From a virus (lineage: Duplodnaviria > Caudoviricetes): a stretch of DNA of 64,000 bases. Where the stretch lies: positions 1,092 through 65,091 of IMG/VR virus record IMGVR_UViG_3300037453_000856; one strand, written 5' to 3'. The stretch's first letter is position 1; each line of letters opens with the position of its first letter. This document shows, in pieces, positions 60,975 through 64,000 of this stretch. Position numbers and translations under genes: made by a program. A model generated the notes under the pieces. That model made no database searches and was not told the origin of the DNA. It saw nothing but the letters and a program-made list of their open reading frames with translations.

Positions 60975-63878
60975 ATGGAAAATACTGACGATTTCGAACT
61001 CGCGTCCGAAAACCTCGAGTTGAAGGAGCTTTATGAGCAGGTCAAGACTCGTTCCGACCGAGCCTTTTCCAATCTGTCCTCTTTTCACGATGAGTGCCGC
61101 GCAAACCTTAAGGCTCTCCACTCCTGGGAGAACCGGCGTTCCTATACCTATCACAACAACGTAGACGTTCCGCTTTTCTATAAGGTTGTCGAATCGTTGG
61201 TTCCCTACGAATCTTCCGGAACACTCGAGCCCGGCTGCACAGCTCTTCACCCTGAAGACGTTGAGGCTGCCACTTCTATGAATCAGCAGCTCAAGTATTT
61301 CAATAACACCCGGGAGGCGAAGCGCGCCAGATCCGAGGCCGTGCTCTGGAAGATTCTTTGCGGTATCGGTTTCCTTAAGGACGGCTGGAACTTCAAGCAG
61401 GATCGCCATAGGCGTTGGGTCAAGGACGACGAAGAGCTCGTTTATCTCGCTTCCGAGTCCGATGACAAGGTTCTTAAAGAGCTTGCCTCCTCTATTCAAG
61501 AGATGGGCCCTGACACTCCTCCCGAAGAACTCGAGCAGCACAACGAGGAAGTTGTCAACGCCATAAAGGAATATCTCCGTCAGCCAGGCGAGAACGGCGA
61601 GCCTATCTGTCCGTCCATCACTCCCTCCGGTGACGGATTTATTATTTACGATATCGACCAGTACGATGCTCCCGCTCTCGAGGCCATTCCCACTTATGAC
61701 ATCGCCTGGCTGGGCACCGGCCACGATATACAGAAATACGAAGCCATTTATCATCGCTATTATCTGAGCAAGACCCAGCTGGCTAACATAATTCGCGACT
61801 CTAAATCTAATAAATCTTCCGGCTGGGTCAACCTCGATTACGTTTATAAATATACCGACCTCCAGAATACCGAGTCCGAGATCCTTTCCCAAGATTGGGA
61901 CAAGACTCTTCCTGAGGCCGCTTCCTTTGAGTTTATAGAAGAAACCAGGCGCGACGAAGACGGCGAAATAGTCGTCACCACTATTTGCCCTAAGGGCGAG
62001 TGCGTCGTCCGCCACATGAAGTCTCCGTTCTTCCACAATCAGTTTAACTATACGCCGCTCGTCATGAACCAGAGCGTTTCCGACATCCGCGGCACTTCCG
62101 TTTTCAGGCCTATCGAATCTCTTTGTATGGCCATTGAAAAGCAGCTGAACTCTTTGCTGGACAACAGCGACATTATTCAGAATCCTGCATTCCGCGTTTC
62201 CAAAGGCTCAATGATGACCGATCGTCAGCTGTCTTTGTACGCTGGCAAGATCATACCCGCAAGGCAGGGCGATCTCGAGCCTATCGTTATCCCCGATATC
62301 CGTTCCGCCACCGTTGAAATAATCAATTACCTCATCTCGATGATCTATTCGATCACCGGCTGCCCTGAGGTGCTTGATTCCGTTATACCTATGATGGGCA
62401 ACGGCAATGGCAAGGCCGATCTCGAAGAGCTCAAATTCAGCACTACGGCACGCCTTAGGGCCTCTCTCAACGCTGATAGCATTGCGCTGTCCGGCTTGAT
62501 GGAACGCGAATGCTCCAATATTATGCAGTTCTGCCGTTATCCTAGGAAGATTCCTTTCACTAACAATGGCAAGACTGAGTACATTGATTATGTTCCGAAC
62601 TTGACTTCCGGTTCGTTCAAGTTCATGACCGACGCCTCTACTATGCTTGCTCCTGATCCTTCCGTTTTGAGAGCCCAGCTTACCAGCCTTATCAACATGG
62701 CTCCCGGTTTGGTCGTCGCTCATCTTGACGAAGAGTCTGGCCAGCTTGTTCAGCGTCAGCTTCTTAACATTAGAAGCATCCTTCGCATGTGGGCCGAATA
62801 TTCGAACGTCGGTGATACCGAGCAGTTCTTCGTTCCCACTGATTCCGTCGAGGCCATTCCTGCTCAGGCTTTGCCGCCTGTTCCTCAGCCGCCTCCTCCC
62901 GAAGAAGAGCCTCCTCAGGACGGCCAGCAGCCTTCTCCTGATCGTGGTGGTGTGCCTCCCCAAGGCGGCGCTCCTGGCGGCATGCCTCAGCAGCCAGATC
63001 CCGCGGCTATTCTTAGCCAGGTTCCTCCGGAAGTCTTCGTTCAGATATTCTCCCAGCCCGATTCCCTTCAGATGATGGTCCAGCAAGGCGCCATTCCTCC
63101 CGAGGTCGCTCAGATTCTTGCCGAGTTTGTTCAGGCTGTTATGCAAGATCCCTCTGTATTGGAGCAGCTTGTTCAGCAGGGAGTTATTATGCCCCAGGTC
63201 GCTCAGACCATTATGGCTGTTCTGAGTCAAATGAACTCCGCTCAGCAGCCTATGATGCCTCAAGGTGCTCCTTCCCTTTACGGAGGCGCCGTGTCCGGTT
63301 CCCTTCCTATATCCGGTTCTGCCACTCCAACCCCCATGGGTCCTTCTATCCTTTCTTCTGCCCAGCAGGTTGGCCCTTCCATGGTTCCCGGTTCTCCTAG
63401 TCCCGCCCCCGGCGCTGCGCCTCCCCCCTCTCCTTTGCCTTCTGAGCAGGAGCTTCAGCAAATGGTCCAGATGATCCTCCAGTATCCTCCTGAGATCTCT
63501 CTTAAGGCCATGCTCCAGCTTCCTCCCGAAGTCATTGCCATGCTTCTTCCCTATTTGCCTCCCGAGTTCGTCCAGTGGTTCCTTTCTCAGATCCCGCCTG
63601 ATCTCGCCGCCTACCTCTCCAATCCTACCGGCCAAATCCGCATGGATGGCGGTCTTAGCATTTCCCCTGAACAGGCTTTGGCCATGGGCGGCGGAGGTAT
63701 GCCTTCTTCCGGCGGAGCCGGAGGTGGCATGAATACCGCTACCGGCACTAATGGTATGCCTCCTCAGCTCGGCGGCGGCCAGCAAGCCGCTGCGCATCCA
63801 GTAGTATCTCCTCAGCAGTTGAGCGTCAAGTCCAGGACCTCTGACGTTCGTCAATCCGCCAACACTATACAACAATAA
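60975..63878 (+). CDS. Portal protein (P22 gp1/SU10-like) with long Pro/Gln/Gly-rich tail
   Basis: Follows TerL; PIESLCMAIEKQLNSLLDN...NPAF, GKIIP, ITGCPEV portal pattern; about 330-aa low-complexity C-terminus. Confidence 0.85.
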   Translation: MENTDDFELASENLELKELYEQVKTRSDRAFSNLSSFHDECRANLKALHSWENRRSYTYHNNVDVPLFYKVVESLVPYESSGTLEPGCTALHPEDVEAATSMNQQLKYFNNTREAKRARSEAVLWKILCGIGFLKDGWNFKQDRHRRWVKDDEELVYLASESDDKVLKELASSIQEMGPDTPPEELEQHNEEVVNAIKEYLRQPGENGEPICPSITPSGDGFIIYDIDQYDAPALEAIPTYDIAWLGTGHDIQKYEAIYHRYYLSKTQLANIIRDSKSNKSSGWVNLDYVYKYTDLQNTESEILSQDWDKTLPEAASFEFIEETRRDEDGEIVVTTICPKGECVVRHMKSPFFHNQFNYTPLVMNQSVSDIRGTSVFRPIESLCMAIEKQLNSLLDNSDIIQNPAFRVSKGSMMTDRQLSLYAGKIIPARQGDLEPIVIPDIRSATVEIINYLISMIYSITGCPEVLDSVIPMMGNGNGKADLEELKFSTTARLRASLNADSIALSGLMERECSNIMQFCRYPRKIPFTNNGKTEYIDYVPNLTSGSFKFMTDASTMLAPDPSVLRAQLTSLINMAPGLVVAHLDEESGQLVQRQLLNIRSILRMWAEYSNVGDTEQFFVPTDSVEAIPAQALPPVPQPPPPEEEPPQDGQQPSPDRGGVPPQGGAPGGMPQQPDPAAILSQVPPEVFVQIFSQPDSLQMMVQQGAIPPEVAQILAEFVQAVMQDPSVLEQLVQQGVIMPQVAQTIMAVLSQMNSAQQPMMPQGAPSLYGGAVSGSLPISGSATPTPMGPSILSSAQQVGPSMVPGSPSPAPGAAPPPSPLPSEQELQQMVQMILQYPPEISLKAMLQLPPEVIAMLLPYLPPEFVQWFLSQIPPDLAAYLSNPTGQIRMDGGLSISPEQALAMGGGGMPSSGGAGGGMNTATGTNGMPPQLGGGQQAAAHPVVSPQQLSVKSRTSDVRQSANTIQQ

Positions 63879-64000
63879 TGAAACGCTTTTTTCTTCCTTT
63901 TCTGGCCATCTTTGCTTCCGCTTGCGTTGCTGGCTATTTGGCTTCAGATTTCAAATCCGTCTCCTTCTCCGCAAACTCAAACTGGAAGCGAGTCGTTTTT
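63878..64000 (+). CDS. Signal-peptide protein (3' truncated by window edge)
   Basis: TAATG coupling; MKRFFLPFLAIFASACVAGYLA...; frame open to end. Confidence 0.65.
   Translation, partial: MKRFFLPFLAIFASACVAGYLASDFKSVSFSANSNWKRVVF

Noticed and set aside
1-64000. Diversity-generating retroelement or stop-codon reassignment
   Set aside because: No reverse transcriptase or adenine-specific TR/VR pair seen; genes are long and intact under code 11, ending in TAA, TGA and TAG.

Overview
The window is most of a tailed dsDNA phage genome with short-tail (podovirus-like) gene architecture, opened inside the late operon. Plus-strand late genes occupy 1-31637 and 58248-64000: terminase, Mor-like regulator, portal, fibres, scaffold, major capsid, adaptor, nozzle and about 16 kb of internal/ejection-type proteins. 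Minus-strand early genes occupy 32013-58040: RuvC-like resolvase, Cas4/RecB-like exonuclease, Rad52/Sak annealase, SSB-like protein, SLT, MoxR+vWA, ArdC-like protease, P-loop kinase, NADAR and many small paralogous proteins. I recognised no DNA polymerase, primase, helicase, integrase, RT, Cas or rRNA gene. The most unusual content is non-coding. (1) An 8-copy family of exactly spaced, covarying H-type pseudoknots; five copies plus a sixth unrelated pseudoknot form a tandem array behind a sigma70 promoter and two small genes, and the array spacers are antisense to translation-initiation-like sequences. (2) An 80-nt tmRNA tRNA-like domain with the Ala G3-U70 pair and encoded CCA but no mRNA-like domain. 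(3) Five AT-rich hairpins with conserved loops and divergent stems in front of early genes. All protein assignments come from motif recognition by eye; no database search was run.
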